Shown piece after piece: positions 1 through 10,835 of a DNA stretch of 64,000 bases. The stretch's first letter is position 1. Every line of letters starts with the position of its first letter. Source of the stretch: a bacterium. Its GTDB lineage: Bacteria; Patescibacteriota; Saccharimonadia; Saccharimonadales; SZUA-47. Position numbers and translations under genes: made by a program. The DNA is taken from assembly GCA_043753565.1 (NCBI GenBank), contig JAYUWM010000074.1, positions 25,273-89,272 on the forward strand. Reading direction: 5' to 3'. The notes below the pieces were generated by a model that did not search any database, was not told where the DNA came from, and was given only the letters and a program-made list of their open reading frames with translations.

Positions 1-45
1 CAGAGTAAGTTAGAAGTAGCCGATTCTAGTAGGTATAGCCATAGA

Positions 46-3000
46 ATGCAGATGGAAGCTAACTTAAATAAGGCTATGAAATCTGCTTCAAATGACAGGA
101 TACTAGCCACAGTTTCAGAAACTGCAGCTATAGAAGGACCTGTACGCGCTTGGAGAAAGCTTAACAGTGAAATAGCAAAGTCTAAAGCGGGAACTCAGGT
201 ACTAAATAGCTATGACGATAAAGGTAGTATTATAGGCACGGATGCTATTAATAAAACTGACGCAATGTCAAATGGGCTAGTAAGACTAAAAGGTGCGGTA
301 AGTATAGCAGCTTCTGCGGTATCTACCGCAGCTAACGCTTTTTCTGGTATTCTGTTTTACGTAGGTTTAGCAGTTGCAGGCTTCCAGCTATTATCCAGCT
401 GGTTAAGCACTAATAGTAAAGAGTTCGACAAGTTTTCTAGCAGCCTGACTTTAGTTTCTGATGCTTCAGAAAACATGTCAAGAACTTTAGCAGCTATTAT
501 ATCTAAAGACCCTTTAGAAGTGTTTAGTGTAGCTTCTGTACAGGCCAAAGCTAACGCTCTTCAAAGTATTTCAGACGGCACCAATACATTAGTTAAGGAC
601 TTCTACGCATTAAGAGCGGCATCTAGCTGGTTCGATAAGTTTTTAGACAGTTCATGGGATTCTATTGGTAAGGGTTCAGCAGATAAGTTATCTACTAACC
701 TAGCAAAAAGCATTGAAGCTTCTTTATCAGGTTTAGAAAAAGGTCCACTAAAGGAGAAAGCAAAAGCAGCTTTACAGAACATTTTAGGAGCTAATGTAGA
801 TCTCTCCAGTACTAGTAAGATTGAGGCTGCCTTACGAAAACTAAGTAACCCGGAAATTCAAAGTGCGGGTACAGGCATTACTAAAGTATTACAGGATATT
901 TCTAGAGAGGCGAATAACACAGCTTCTAATCTAACTTCTGTACTAGCTAGCTTTGAAGAACTATCTAAGATAGTTAAAGCTAATATGGCCTCAATGCAAC
1001 CTACAGATTACGCAGGTAAATTAGGTTTTCAAATGTTGAGTGACGCAGGGAAGCTAGCCCTAGCCCTAGAGTCTCCCTTAGATAGCATGAGAGCTCTAGG
1101 CGAGCTTACTAAGAATGCGCAAGTAATGAGCTTGCTACCTCCAGATACCTCAAATAGACTACTAGAGGCAAAGAAAGGTATAGACGCGCTTAATAAAAGC
1201 TACGGAGAGCTACAGCAAGCTGAATTTGCAGCAGAAAAAGCTATGCAAGCGCTAAAAGGTGGTGGCGTAATTAAAGCAGGACAAGTAGACCAAGCCCGTA
1301 ATAAAGTAGCGACAGTAGACACACTCACTCCAGCAGGTGCGCAGCAAAAAGCGATTATAGATAATATTTCTAAAGAAAAAGCCGCTATAGAAATAAAAAT
1401 GGCAGAGATGGGCACTAAAGTGTCTTCTACCCTACTAAAAGAGTTTGTGGAGGTCGGACTAAATAAGTTACAACAAAGTTTATCGGCTGCTATGGCAGAA
1501 GGTACTATAACTGCTGCCAAAGGGTATTTGTCTGTTTTAAAATCTGCTGGAGTAGGTACCGCAGCAGACGAAGGTAAACTACGACTGCAAGAAATAGGTA
1601 TTCAAAGAAAAATTCTAGAAGCTAATTTCCAGCAAGCTAAGCGTATAGAAGAAAATAATAATCGGCTAGAGGAGCTGTCTCTGTCACTTAAAGAAGCTAC
1701 CAATGCTTCCCAATTAGGTGGTACAAACCTTAGGGCTGCTGAAAAGGCAATGGCGGAGCAGCCTGGGTTAATAATAGAGCGTAAAAACCTAGATGATAGA
1801 AAAAGGCTTACTTCAGGCAAAGCACGTTCAGCTTCTGAAATTAAGGAAATGGGTATAGACCCTAAGGTGTTAGCATCTACAGCAGCCTATCAAGCCCAGG
1901 AAACAGCTTACTTAAGTGGTATTGCTAAGCTTAACGGTCAGGCTGCTGCTTCTAAAATACAGTCTATGGCAGAAGTAGCTAGAGAAGCCACTGAATTTAA
2001 TAAGAAGGAACTAACAAGAGAAATAGGTGTTAATGTTTTAGCTATAGAACGCCTAGATACCTTGCAAGCTATTAGAACTGAGTACGATAAGACACTTCAG
2101 GCAAAAAAATCTGAGCTAGAATTCACTAACCTAATGAAGGAAAGCGAAAAAACTAGACTAGACTTACAAACTAGTAAGAAGATCATAGAAGCAGCTAGCG
2201 CTTATGGAGACCCTGCTGAACGCGTAAAGGCACTTGAGGCAATAAAAGAAGAAATAAAGCTAAATGACAATAAGCGTATTAACAGTATTATTGCACTTAA
2301 ACTTAAGCATATGGACGCAGAGCAAAAAGGGTTAGAAAGTATCAGAGTAAAAAAGGCAGAACTAGCTGCTTTAGAACTTAACGAAAATAACGCAATAGCT
2401 CAAGCCAGAGTATCCCAGCAACAGGAAGAGCTTACTTATCTAGGTACTATAGGGGTATTGTCAGCAGAGCAGCTTACTAAACGCTCTGCCGCTTTAGCGC
2501 TGGATAGTCAGTCTTTAGTATATGCCAAAGAACTATCCGCCCTAGAAGCAGATAAAGCCGCTAAAATGCAGCCCCTGTTAGACGCTATGGCTAAGCAAAA
2601 ACAGATAATGGGCGGAGCTAAGGACCCTGCTACAGAAGCACAGCAAAAAGAACTAGAAGCCTCGTATACCAGACAGTTGACAACCTTAAACTTAATTAAT
2701 GCTACTAAAGTTGCTTCAATTACACTAACTGCCCAGCATAAAGCAGAGCAAGAGTTATTTGCGGAACAGATGGGCAAAATGGTCAGTATTACGGAAACGC
2801 TGACAGGGGCTTTTGGAGGTGTTGGGGAAGCTATTGGTAAGGTGGGTCAAGCTATTTTACAGATGGCTAAAGATGATGAAGACTACCTTAAAAGAAAACA
2901 AGCTATCTTAAGTAAGCAAAGAGGTACAGAAGAAGGGTCTACTGAGTATAAAGCATATACTAAAGACCTAATTAAGTTAGAGAAGGATAAGACTAATGCG

Positions 3001-5766
3001 GAGCTACAAGGTTACGCCAAGTCTGCATCAGCAGGTAAGAAGCTATTTGGTGAAAAAACCCTGGCGTATAAGGTACTTAGTGGGATAGAAAAAGCCTTTC
3101 AGATTGCTTCAGCAGCTTTACAATTAAAAGACTTGGCTATAAGCTTAGGTATTTTAACTACTAAAGTAGCTGCGACAGGAGTAGCTGAAACAAGTATTCT
3201 AGGTATTAAACTTGCATCCGCTCCAGCTAAAGTAGCAGCAGACAGTCCGGGAATATTTTCCAGCTTTGCATCAGCAGCCGGGCCTTATGGTCTAGTTGCC
3301 GCAGCTGGAGTAGTAGCTGCTCTTGTAGCAATGGCTGGTGGAGGAAGTACTAGCATGCCTGAAGTAGACATGACAGGGCTAACTTCTGAAGATCGTCAAA
3401 GCACTCAAGGTACAGGTCAATCCTGGGTTAATGGTATAAAAACGGATACAGGTGGTGGAGTTTTTGGAGATTCTGGTGCCAAGTCTACAGCAATTGTAGA
3501 TTCGCTAGAAGCCATTAAGTCCAACTCTATTTTAGGGCTTGACTATGACAATAAGATGCTCAAAGCACTAGAGAAGCTAGTCGATTCTATTAATAGTGCC
3601 GCTAAATCTATATACTCGGTACAGGGCCTTCGTCAAGGTACTGGATTCGGTACTATGGAAGGTAAGACTAAATCAAGTGGTGGGTTCCTAAGCAGCATTT
3701 TCGGCGGAGATACTACATCTACCACTAGTATACAGTCTGCAGGTATTCAGTTTACCGGTACTTTTAAGAATGTGATGGACGGCGTAGCAGGTAGTATTAG
3801 TCAGTATAAGGATGTATTAACACAGTTTACTGAATCCGGTGGATGGTTTAGTGACGACTCATCTTGGTCTACCCTAAGCCGCGAAAGCCAAGCACTTAGT
3901 TCAACTGTATCTAATTCTATTAGTGAAGTTTTCAGAGATGCAAATAGTATGTTCTTAGACGTAGCTGCTAAGATAGGTGTAGCATCTTCTAGAGTCGCAG
4001 ATGTTATTAGTAACTTTGATATTACCATGCCCGTGGATATCATGAATCTAAAAGGTGATGAGCTAGTAACCGAACTAAATGCTGTAATTGGCGCTAAGCT
4101 GGGTGAGGCAGCAAAACAGATATTTAGCGGTTTTGACCCATTTAGAAAGTTTGGTGAAGACTATCTAGCTACAGTTCTTAGAGTCATAGATGCTAGTGAT
4201 AAAGTAGACATGGCTTTACGCTCTATTGGTAATACTTTCCAGACCCTAAGCCGCTTCGATATATCAGAAGCTATGGTTAATGCAGCTGGAAGTCTAGAAA
4301 GCTTTATGGAACAGGCTAGCTTCTTTAAAGATAGTTTCTTAACTAATGTAGAGAAGCTTGCACCTCTACAAAAAGGAGTATCGGATGAACTAGCAAGACT
4401 TGGTTTAAGTACTACTACTACTAAAGACCAGTTTAAGGCTTTAGTACTTGCGCAAGACTTAAATACATTAGCTGGACGTACGCTATATCAAAGCCTAATG
4501 GAGCTAGCTCCGGGATTTGATTCTATGTTAAAACTTGCTGAAAGTATAGACTCGGAAAAGTTGTCAAGTAGTAACAATACTTTACAGCTGATGATCACTC
4601 TACTTACGTTGCAGGGTAAGGCTACAGAAGCCTTAAACCTTAGTAGGTCTAAAGAACTTAGCACTATGTCAGAAAGTGATAAACTTCTACAACGTCAGAT
4701 AAACGTATTACTTGACGCAAATAAGCATAGATCTAGTGAAATAGCTATTTATACTGCTTTAGGTGATAGCGCCCAAGCATTACTACTAACTAGAAAAGCG
4801 GAGATAGATGCTGTAGAAGAGTGGCTGAGACCTGCTAAGATGTACCTTTATGCTATGCAAGATGAAGCCAGTCAAAAAGCTAAGCTGACTACTGCGTATA
4901 CTAAGGAAACTGCTGCGATTAACTCTACAATAGCTAGTTTAACTACTTCTATAAAGACTCTTGCAGCATACAAGGATTCATTATTAGTAGGCCAGCAGAC
5001 TACCCTTACTCCTGCCGAAAGATACCAAGAAACTAAGCGTCAAGCTGCACTAGTAGCATCAATTGCTACAGGTATAGCCTCAACAGACGCAGAGATTTTA
5101 GCTAAGCAGGATGCTATTAGTAAACTGCCTAGTGTAACCTCTACCTTTTTGGAAGCTTCGAGACAGCTGTATGCTAGTTCTGAACAATACACCCAAGACT
5201 TTGCGTCTGTATTGAGCTTATTAGATACAACAGGAGCCTCTTTAATCCTACAACAAACAGATTCTCAAAGACAGTTAGATGTTTTAACTACTAGCACTAG
5301 TTTATTAGGCTTAATTGAAGTAAGTACTGCTACCGTAGCTACTTTATTACAGCAGTACTTAGTGCTGCAAAGTAATACAGGTGCTGCTAAGTACGCATAC
5401 GAGACTTCTGGAGCTTTAGCACCTAGCGTAGCTTTTGGGGGAGCATTTGCAGAGGGTGGACTAGCAAGAGGTACAGTACTAGTAGGAGAGAAAGGGCCAG
5501 AGATAGTGAATTTCACTAACCCTGGAAGAGTTTACTCTAATAAGGCAAGTAACGAGTTATTTAATACTTCGGAATTAGTTGCAGAAATTAAAGCTTTACG
5601 TACTGAGGTAACTCAGCTGCGTAAAGAGCAGCAGCAGCAGACGGGGCATCTAATTGCTGCTAACTATGATGCTAACAATAGAAACGCGGATAAAGTAAGT
5701 ACAGCTACTAGAGAAGTGTCTGCTCAGGCTGAGTGGAAAGCACGCTCTATGCTTAAAGTAGCATAA
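46..5766 (+). CDS. tail tape measure protein
   Basis: 1906-aa ORF with long Ala/Glu/Lys/Gln-rich coiled-coil stretches and hydrophobic Gly/Ala segments (GPYGLVAAAGVVAALVAMAGGG). Followed by a terminator and the tail-tip genes. Confidence 0.85.
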   Translation: MQMEANLNKAMKSASNDRILATVSETAAIEGPVRAWRKLNSEIAKSKAGTQVLNSYDDKGSIIGTDAINKTDAMSNGLVRLKGAVSIAASAVSTAANAFSGILFYVGLAVAGFQLLSSWLSTNSKEFDKFSSSLTLVSDASENMSRTLAAIISKDPLEVFSVASVQAKANALQSISDGTNTLVKDFYALRAASSWFDKFLDSSWDSIGKGSADKLSTNLAKSIEASLSGLEKGPLKEKAKAALQNILGANVDLSSTSKIEAALRKLSNPEIQSAGTGITKVLQDISREANNTASNLTSVLASFEELSKIVKANMASMQPTDYAGKLGFQMLSDAGKLALALESPLDSMRALGELTKNAQVMSLLPPDTSNRLLEAKKGIDALNKSYGELQQAEFAAEKAMQALKGGGVIKAGQVDQARNKVATVDTLTPAGAQQKAIIDNISKEKAAIEIKMAEMGTKVSSTLLKEFVEVGLNKLQQSLSAAMAEGTITAAKGYLSVLKSAGVGTAADEGKLRLQEIGIQRKILEANFQQAKRIEENNNRLEELSLSLKEATNASQLGGTNLRAAEKAMAEQPGLIIERKNLDDRKRLTSGKARSASEIKEMGIDPKVLASTAAYQAQETAYLSGIAKLNGQAAASKIQSMAEVAREATEFNKKELTREIGVNVLAIERLDTLQAIRTEYDKTLQAKKSELEFTNLMKESEKTRLDLQTSKKIIEAASAYGDPAERVKALEAIKEEIKLNDNKRINSIIALKLKHMDAEQKGLESIRVKKAELAALELNENNAIAQARVSQQQEELTYLGTIGVLSAEQLTKRSAALALDSQSLVYAKELSALEADKAAKMQPLLDAMAKQKQIMGGAKDPATEAQQKELEASYTRQLTTLNLINATKVASITLTAQHKAEQELFAEQMGKMVSITETLTGAFGGVGEAIGKVGQAILQMAKDDEDYLKRKQAILSKQRGTEEGSTEYKAYTKDLIKLEKDKTNAELQGYAKSASAGKKLFGEKTLAYKVLSGIEKAFQIASAALQLKDLAISLGILTTKVAATGVAETSILGIKLASAPAKVAADSPGIFSSFASAAGPYGLVAAAGVVAALVAMAGGGSTSMPEVDMTGLTSEDRQSTQGTGQSWVNGIKTDTGGGVFGDSGAKSTAIVDSLEAIKSNSILGLDYDNKMLKALEKLVDSINSAAKSIYSVQGLRQGTGFGTMEGKTKSSGGFLSSIFGGDTTSTTSIQSAGIQFTGTFKNVMDGVAGSISQYKDVLTQFTESGGWFSDDSSWSTLSRESQALSSTVSNSISEVFRDANSMFLDVAAKIGVASSRVADVISNFDITMPVDIMNLKGDELVTELNAVIGAKLGEAAKQIFSGFDPFRKFGEDYLATVLRVIDASDKVDMALRSIGNTFQTLSRFDISEAMVNAAGSLESFMEQASFFKDSFLTNVEKLAPLQKGVSDELARLGLSTTTTKDQFKALVLAQDLNTLAGRTLYQSLMELAPGFDSMLKLAESIDSEKLSSSNNTLQLMITLLTLQGKATEALNLSRSKELSTMSESDKLLQRQINVLLDANKHRSSEIAIYTALGDSAQALLLTRKAEIDAVEEWLRPAKMYLYAMQDEASQKAKLTTAYTKETAAINSTIASLTTSIKTLAAYKDSLLVGQQTTLTPAERYQETKRQAALVASIATGIASTDAEILAKQDAISKLPSVTSTFLEASRQLYASSEQYTQDFASVLSLLDTTGASLILQQTDSQRQLDVLTTSTSLLGLIEVSTATVATLLQQYLVLQSNTGAAKYAYETSGALAPSVAFGGAFAEGGLARGTVLVGEKGPEIVNFTNPGRVYSNKASNELFNTSELVAEIKALRTEVTQLRKEQQQQTGHLIAANYDANNRNADKVSTATREVSAQAEWKARSMLKVA

Positions 5767-5768
5767 AG

Positions 5769-5803
5769 AAAGCCCCTATCTTAATTAAGATAGGGGCTTT
5801 TTT
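5769..5803 (+). terminator. rho-independent terminator after tape measure gene
   Basis: Perfect 16-bp stem aaagcccctatcttaa/ttaagataggggcttt followed by a T-run. Confidence 0.8.
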
Positions 5804-5822
5804 ACGCTTATAAAAATTATAC

Positions 5823-5851
5823 TTGACATATATAGCTAGCTATAGTATAAT
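5823..5851 (+). promoter_or_regulatory. sigma70-type promoter (TTGACA-17-TATAAT)
   Basis: TTGACA at 5823-5828, 17-bp spacer, TATAAT at 5846-5851. Confidence 0.75.
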
Positions 5852-5881
5852 AGATAAAATATTGTGCATACTGGAGAAAAA

Positions 5882-7438
5882 ATGAGTTATTCTCAAGAAT
5901 GGTTAGAGGATCAATCTGCTATAAGGGGGGTTCTAGTAGAAGTGGGTGTTCTGAGCCTTAAGACTAATCAAGAAATAACACTGTACCTATCTAATATAGG
6001 GTATATTACTGAAGACTCCTTAGTTAGCTTTAATCCAGTTATTACTGGAGGAATACAGATAACTGAGTCTATATCTCTAGATAGTACTACATCACTATCT
6101 TTTGGAGATTTACAGGTTAGTAACTATAACGGTGAATACGACAGTTGGCTTGATGATAGCCTATTTGTATGGGTTAATAGACCAATAAAGATCTATATAG
6201 GGGACCCTTCTTGGGTATGTACTAATCTTGCTCAGGTACGTACCGATTTTGGGTTAGTATTTAGCGGCGTAGTTACTGATATTGACTCTAGCTCTAGAGA
6301 TAGTTTAAATATACGAATTGGTGACAAACTACAGAGATTAAACACACCCCTTAGCGAAGATAAGTTGGGTGTTTACGGTACGTGGCCAGGCGACCAGAGT
6401 AACCAAGATACAGTTAAGCCTTTAGTATTTGGCGAACCTTTTAATATAAGCCCTCTACTAATTAATCCCGCACAACTAGAATACATGTTCAATAACGGGG
6501 CAACTGAAAGAGTCATTGAAATTAGAGATAATGGTGTACCCATATATAATAGTAGCATTACCAGTAATGTTATAGTTAATACTACTTTAGGTACTTTCAA
6601 GCTATTAAAGCCTTTAATAGGTACTTGTACAGTGTCTCTTCAAGGAAAGCTAGGTAGTATAAATTTAGTGACAGGCGTACTGAGTAGCACTTACACTAAT
6701 ACTATTGCTAACGCGATAGCTTTAATATGCACACAATACGGCAATAATAGCACTAAGCTAGCTATATCGGAAATAGACTTAAATAATTTTGCTGCATTTA
6801 ATATAGCAAATTCCCAAGCTATTGGTATATATATATCTGATAGAGAGAATGTTCTAAATATATGTCAAAGTATAGCTAGTAGTCTTAATGCACAATTATA
6901 CATGACCCGTCTAGGTAAGCTACAGCTACTGCAATTAGGGGTGTATACTTCCGATGCTACTGTAGTAATCACCAATGACGACATACTTCAGCATACTTTA
7001 GGCATATCTACTAGAACACCCGTAATCGCAGCTAGTAAGTTAGGGTATTGTAAGAACTGGACAGTACAGCCTAATCTTACTACTAATATTCCTACCGAGC
7101 ATAAGGATATTATGAAGACAGAGTGGTATACTAGTACTGTAGTAGACCCAGAAGTTAAGCTAATGTACAGTCTTAATAGCGACCCTATACAGAAAGAGAC
7201 TGTATTCATTGATAGGCTTGAGTCAGACACGGAAGCCGTTAGACTTCTTAACTACTTTAGCGTACCTAGAACTATATACAGACTTACCGGGACTTCTAAA
7301 TTGTTATCCCTGAAGTTAGGGCAGGCTGTTACTCTTGTGCATGATAGATTTAACCTGGCTAATGGTAAGACAGGACAGGTAGTCACGCTCACCCCTAATT
7401 GGGCTACCTCAACTGTAGAATTAGAGGTACTAATTTAA
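5882..7438 (+). CDS. minor tail / distal tail protein (putative)
   Basis: 518 aa from ATG 5882, preceded by GGAG. The ORF-track GTG at 5864 sits right at the predicted transcription start. Position is immediately after the tape measure gene. Confidence 0.55.
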   Translation: MSYSQEWLEDQSAIRGVLVEVGVLSLKTNQEITLYLSNIGYITEDSLVSFNPVITGGIQITESISLDSTTSLSFGDLQVSNYNGEYDSWLDDSLFVWVNRPIKIYIGDPSWVCTNLAQVRTDFGLVFSGVVTDIDSSSRDSLNIRIGDKLQRLNTPLSEDKLGVYGTWPGDQSNQDTVKPLVFGEPFNISPLLINPAQLEYMFNNGATERVIEIRDNGVPIYNSSITSNVIVNTTLGTFKLLKPLIGTCTVSLQGKLGSINLVTGVLSSTYTNTIANAIALICTQYGNNSTKLAISEIDLNNFAAFNIANSQAIGIYISDRENVLNICQSIASSLNAQLYMTRLGKLQLLQLGVYTSDATVVITNDDILQHTLGISTRTPVIAASKLGYCKNWTVQPNLTTNIPTEHKDIMKTEWYTSTVVDPEVKLMYSLNSDPIQKETVFIDRLESDTEAVRLLNYFSVPRTIYRLTGTSKLLSLKLGQAVTLVHDRFNLANGKTGQVVTLTPNWATSTVELEVLI

Positions 7439-9015
7439 TGGCATATACTAAAAATAACAGAAATACCTCGCTTAGTGCCATAAATAGGTTAGTCCCTATT
7501 AATATAGCTATATCTACCTCAGTCAAAGAATACGGTATTAACATAATAGCTATCAATACTTCTAACACCCTACTAGTAGGGTATGAGTATCGGGTAGGAA
7601 CTAGCTGGGCAACCTCAGTTTTAATAGCTAATACTAATAGTAGCTCACATACTTGGACTGTACAGTCTGCAGGCATATATACTATATGGTGTGCTGCAAT
7701 AGATATATACGGGTACTACTCTGTACCTGCAAACACTGTTGTAGTCATAGCTGCCCCTGGATATAGTTCTATATCGGGTGTAGTTGAAGGGCCTAATATT
7801 AAGTTAGACTGGACAATTTCCGCTAGCGCCTTTGCTATTGATTCTTATGAGATTAGATACGGAGCCGCTTGGGGTACTGCTACATACGTAGGCTCTAGTA
7901 AAGCTACTACATATACTGTCAGAGTAGCCTATTTAGGTCCCTTAACTTGGTGGGTAGCAGCAAAAGACATTGCGGGTAATTTTAGTACCCCTACTGCTGT
8001 GAACATCCCGATTAATAGCCCTAGTAAGGTACTAAATATTATTGCAGATATAATAGATAATAATGTATTATTATATTGGGGGGCACCTGTAGTCGGGTAC
8101 GGGCAAGTACCTATTGACCAATACGAAGTTCGTAAGGGGGCTACCTGGGAAACAGGTACTTTAATAGGTTCAAACGCCAACAGTACTTTTACTAGTATAT
8201 TTGAGCAGGCTGCTGGAGAATACTCGTACTGGATAGCTGCTATTGATACTGCAGGAAACTACGGCGAAGCAGTTAAGTTAAGCGCTAAAGTTAATCAACC
8301 GCCTGACTACGTGCTGAGAAATAATTATAATAGTACTCTACTAGGTACTAAAGTTAATTTTTATCTAGATAATGGTGGATTAGTGGGACCTGTAATTACT
8401 AGTCAATTATGGAGCACACACTTCTCAGGAAATAATTGGAATACTCCAGCAGACCAAGTTACTGCGGGATACCCTATATACGCTACACCGGGAGTAACTT
8501 CTGGTAGCTACGAAGAGATTTTAGATTATGGTACAAATATACTCAGTACTATTGCTACCAGTAACATTACTATAAGCAATATTACTGGTACCGTCACTAA
8601 TGTGTGCACACTGTCATGGAAGCTAAATATTGGGGATCCTTGGACAGTAATGTCCACAGGTAGTAATGTTGTACTTCTACCCGTATTTAGGTACCTACGT
8701 GTACAATACGCATTTAGTTGCACCGGATTAAATAACCTAGTACGAATAAGTAGCTTAAATATCAAGCTGGATATTAAACAGCGCTCCGACTCTGGCAATG
8801 CAGTAGCTGTTGTAGGCGGAACTCAGGTAAATTTTGGGTACCCCTTTATATACGTAGATACCCCCATAGTACAGCCTAGCAGTACAACTACACCTCTTGT
8901 ACCTGTAGTTAATTATGTAGGTACAGTCAACCCCACTAATTTTACTGTACGAATTTTTAACCTATCTGGTGTTGAAGTTGGTGGGGCCTTTTCATGGGCA
9001 GTTAAGGGTTATTAA
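7438..9015 (+). CDS. tail-tip protein with FN3-like repeats (host-specificity J-like region)
   Basis: ATG overlaps the upstream stop (TAATG). Repeated motif YE[IV]R.G..W....(I/V)G......W(V/I)AA.D.AGN(F/Y) occurs about 3 times. Confidence 0.55.
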   Translation: MAYTKNNRNTSLSAINRLVPINIAISTSVKEYGINIIAINTSNTLLVGYEYRVGTSWATSVLIANTNSSSHTWTVQSAGIYTIWCAAIDIYGYYSVPANTVVVIAAPGYSSISGVVEGPNIKLDWTISASAFAIDSYEIRYGAAWGTATYVGSSKATTYTVRVAYLGPLTWWVAAKDIAGNFSTPTAVNIPINSPSKVLNIIADIIDNNVLLYWGAPVVGYGQVPIDQYEVRKGATWETGTLIGSNANSTFTSIFEQAAGEYSYWIAAIDTAGNYGEAVKLSAKVNQPPDYVLRNNYNSTLLGTKVNFYLDNGGLVGPVITSQLWSTHFSGNNWNTPADQVTAGYPIYATPGVTSGSYEEILDYGTNILSTIATSNITISNITGTVTNVCTLSWKLNIGDPWTVMSTGSNVVLLPVFRYLRVQYAFSCTGLNNLVRISSLNIKLDIKQRSDSGNAVAVVGGTQVNFGYPFIYVDTPIVQPSSTTTPLVPVVNYVGTVNPTNFTVRIFNLSGVEVGGAFSWAVKGY

Positions 9016-9098
9016 ATATATCAATTAAATTTAATATAGATAGCTATATTATTGAAATTGCACCAAATCAGGTAGCAGTAGTTAAGGACCAATACTAA

Positions 9099-9677
9099 AT
9101 GATAGAAGTTAACGTAATTAATCCCCTAACAGGTTTAGTATCTACTGTTAGTAGTAACCAGACTGAACAAATTGATGCTGTAGACTTCCAGGGTGCGTAT
9201 CTTGGAAAAGTGGCTAAATCAGCTAATGTAGTACAGGTGCCTTCTCCTCCTTCTACTAGCAACCTTAAGTGGGATTTTCTTACAAATACTTGGGTCAGGA
9301 ATTATAGTATTATAGACGTAGCCTTAATAGCCAAAAACGATATTGATAATATTGCAGGGGCTACTAGGCTAAGATATATTACAGACGTACCAGGCCAACA
9401 GGCTACTTATTTAGTAAAGAAACAACAGGCAGACACGTATTTATTGGATAATAGTATAGTTGGCCCTTATCTAGCTGTAGAAGCAGCTATTATGAATACC
9501 TCAGTTCTTACTACTGCACAGCAGATTGTATCAACCTATCACAGTTGGAATAACTATATAGGACCTAAGATAGAAGGCATCCGCCTTAAAGCTAAAGCAG
9601 ATATACGCTTAGCCACTAGTATACCCTCAATAGATAACATACGAGCAGTAGCTATACTAGAGCTAAGTTTAGTATAA
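9099..9677 (+). CDS. hypothetical tail-module protein
   Basis: 192-aa ORF in the co-directional structural block; no recognisable motif. Confidence 0.5.
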   Translation: MIEVNVINPLTGLVSTVSSNQTEQIDAVDFQGAYLGKVAKSANVVQVPSPPSTSNLKWDFLTNTWVRNYSIIDVALIAKNDIDNIAGATRLRYITDVPGQQATYLVKKQQADTYLLDNSIVGPYLAVEAAIMNTSVLTTAQQIVSTYHSWNNYIGPKIEGIRLKAKADIRLATSIPSIDNIRAVAILELSLV

Positions 9678-9687
9678 GAAAGGTACC

Positions 9688-10830
9688 ATGTCGAATAAAT
9701 TAAGAATAGTATACCAAAATTTAGTAAATAGTACCGCACCTATTAATACATCTAGTACAGCTTCGGCAGCCACCCCAAGTAGTAATTTAACTAAAGACAC
9801 TAAATCTTTAGTATGGAGGTCTGCTACTTCGCCTACTGCAGCAAAAGCTAATCTGGTACTAAGTTTCCCTAGTACTATAGTGGGCGGTGTTATTCTGCCT
9901 TTTTGTAATTTAAGCTCTGAAGCTACTATACGTATTCGCGGATATACGGGTAACACGCCCACATTAGGCAGTACTACTACCGCTAGTATAACAACTACTA
10001 GCGGTAGTAATATAGTTACAGGTAGTTTTCTTAATATTGCGGTAGGTGACGTACTATCTACCAATAGCTATACCCAGGCAGGTACTACAGTTTTAATAGG
10101 TTCTACTACAACTAGCCTTATTTTATCTACAAATGCTTTGGGTACAGTATCTAACTATTCAACGTTATTCACTAGCCCCACTAATTCTATAGTAAATACC
10201 TTAAGCGGCGGACCTAGTAAAAATGATGTCATTACAACCACAGGAACCTTGATATTTGATTCAGGGGCTGTATTAGCCGCACCTTACCAACCATTGGGGT
10301 TATGGAGCTGGGGAAGTCTACCATTAGGAGTTAATAGTTACTCTTATGGTGGAGGCACATATGGACGAGTATGGTTACCTGATAATCAGCAATTAGCATG
10401 TACTAGTATACTAATAGAAATATTAGATGTTACTAATATTTCTGGATATATAGAACTATCTAGGTTAGTAATAGGGGCTTACTGGTCGCCCAAGTTTAAT
10501 ACATCATTTGGACTATCTACAAATACTAAAGACCTTAGTACTCATCAGCGCAGCGAATCAGGAGATCTAGTAACTAATAGAGGTACTAGGCATAATAGTA
10601 TGTCTTTTGATTTAAAATGGCTAACTCCTATAGATCGCCTAGAATTTACTAGAATTCTTAAAGGTAACGGTCTGCCGAAACCTTTATTTATTAGTTTATT
10701 TCCAGATTCTTCAGAAGACTGGTCTAAAGAACAATCCCACCAAATATACGGTAAGTTATCCCAGTTAGTCGGTATAGAACACAGTATATTTGATATATAT
10801 AGCACTAGTATTGAGATAGAAGAGGTTTAG
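9688..10830 (+). CDS. hypothetical tail/baseplate protein
   Basis: 380-aa ORF, Ser/Thr-rich N-terminal half, tightly packed between tail genes. Confidence 0.5.
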   Translation: MSNKLRIVYQNLVNSTAPINTSSTASAATPSSNLTKDTKSLVWRSATSPTAAKANLVLSFPSTIVGGVILPFCNLSSEATIRIRGYTGNTPTLGSTTTASITTTSGSNIVTGSFLNIAVGDVLSTNSYTQAGTTVLIGSTTTSLILSTNALGTVSNYSTLFTSPTNSIVNTLSGGPSKNDVITTTGTLIFDSGAVLAAPYQPLGLWSWGSLPLGVNSYSYGGGTYGRVWLPDNQQLACTSILIEILDVTNISGYIELSRLVIGAYWSPKFNTSFGLSTNTKDLSTHQRSESGDLVTNRGTRHNSMSFDLKWLTPIDRLEFTRILKGNGLPKPLFISLFPDSSEDWSKEQSHQIYGKLSQLVGIEHSIFDIYSTSIEIEEV

Positions 10831-10835
10831 ACATA

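Noticed and set aside
357-5516. Six short minus-strand ORFs (63-106 aa) inside the tape measure gene.
   Set aside because: They are fully embedded antisense to a 1906-aa ORF, their composition reflects the Ala-rich sense strand, and none has an RBS or promoter.
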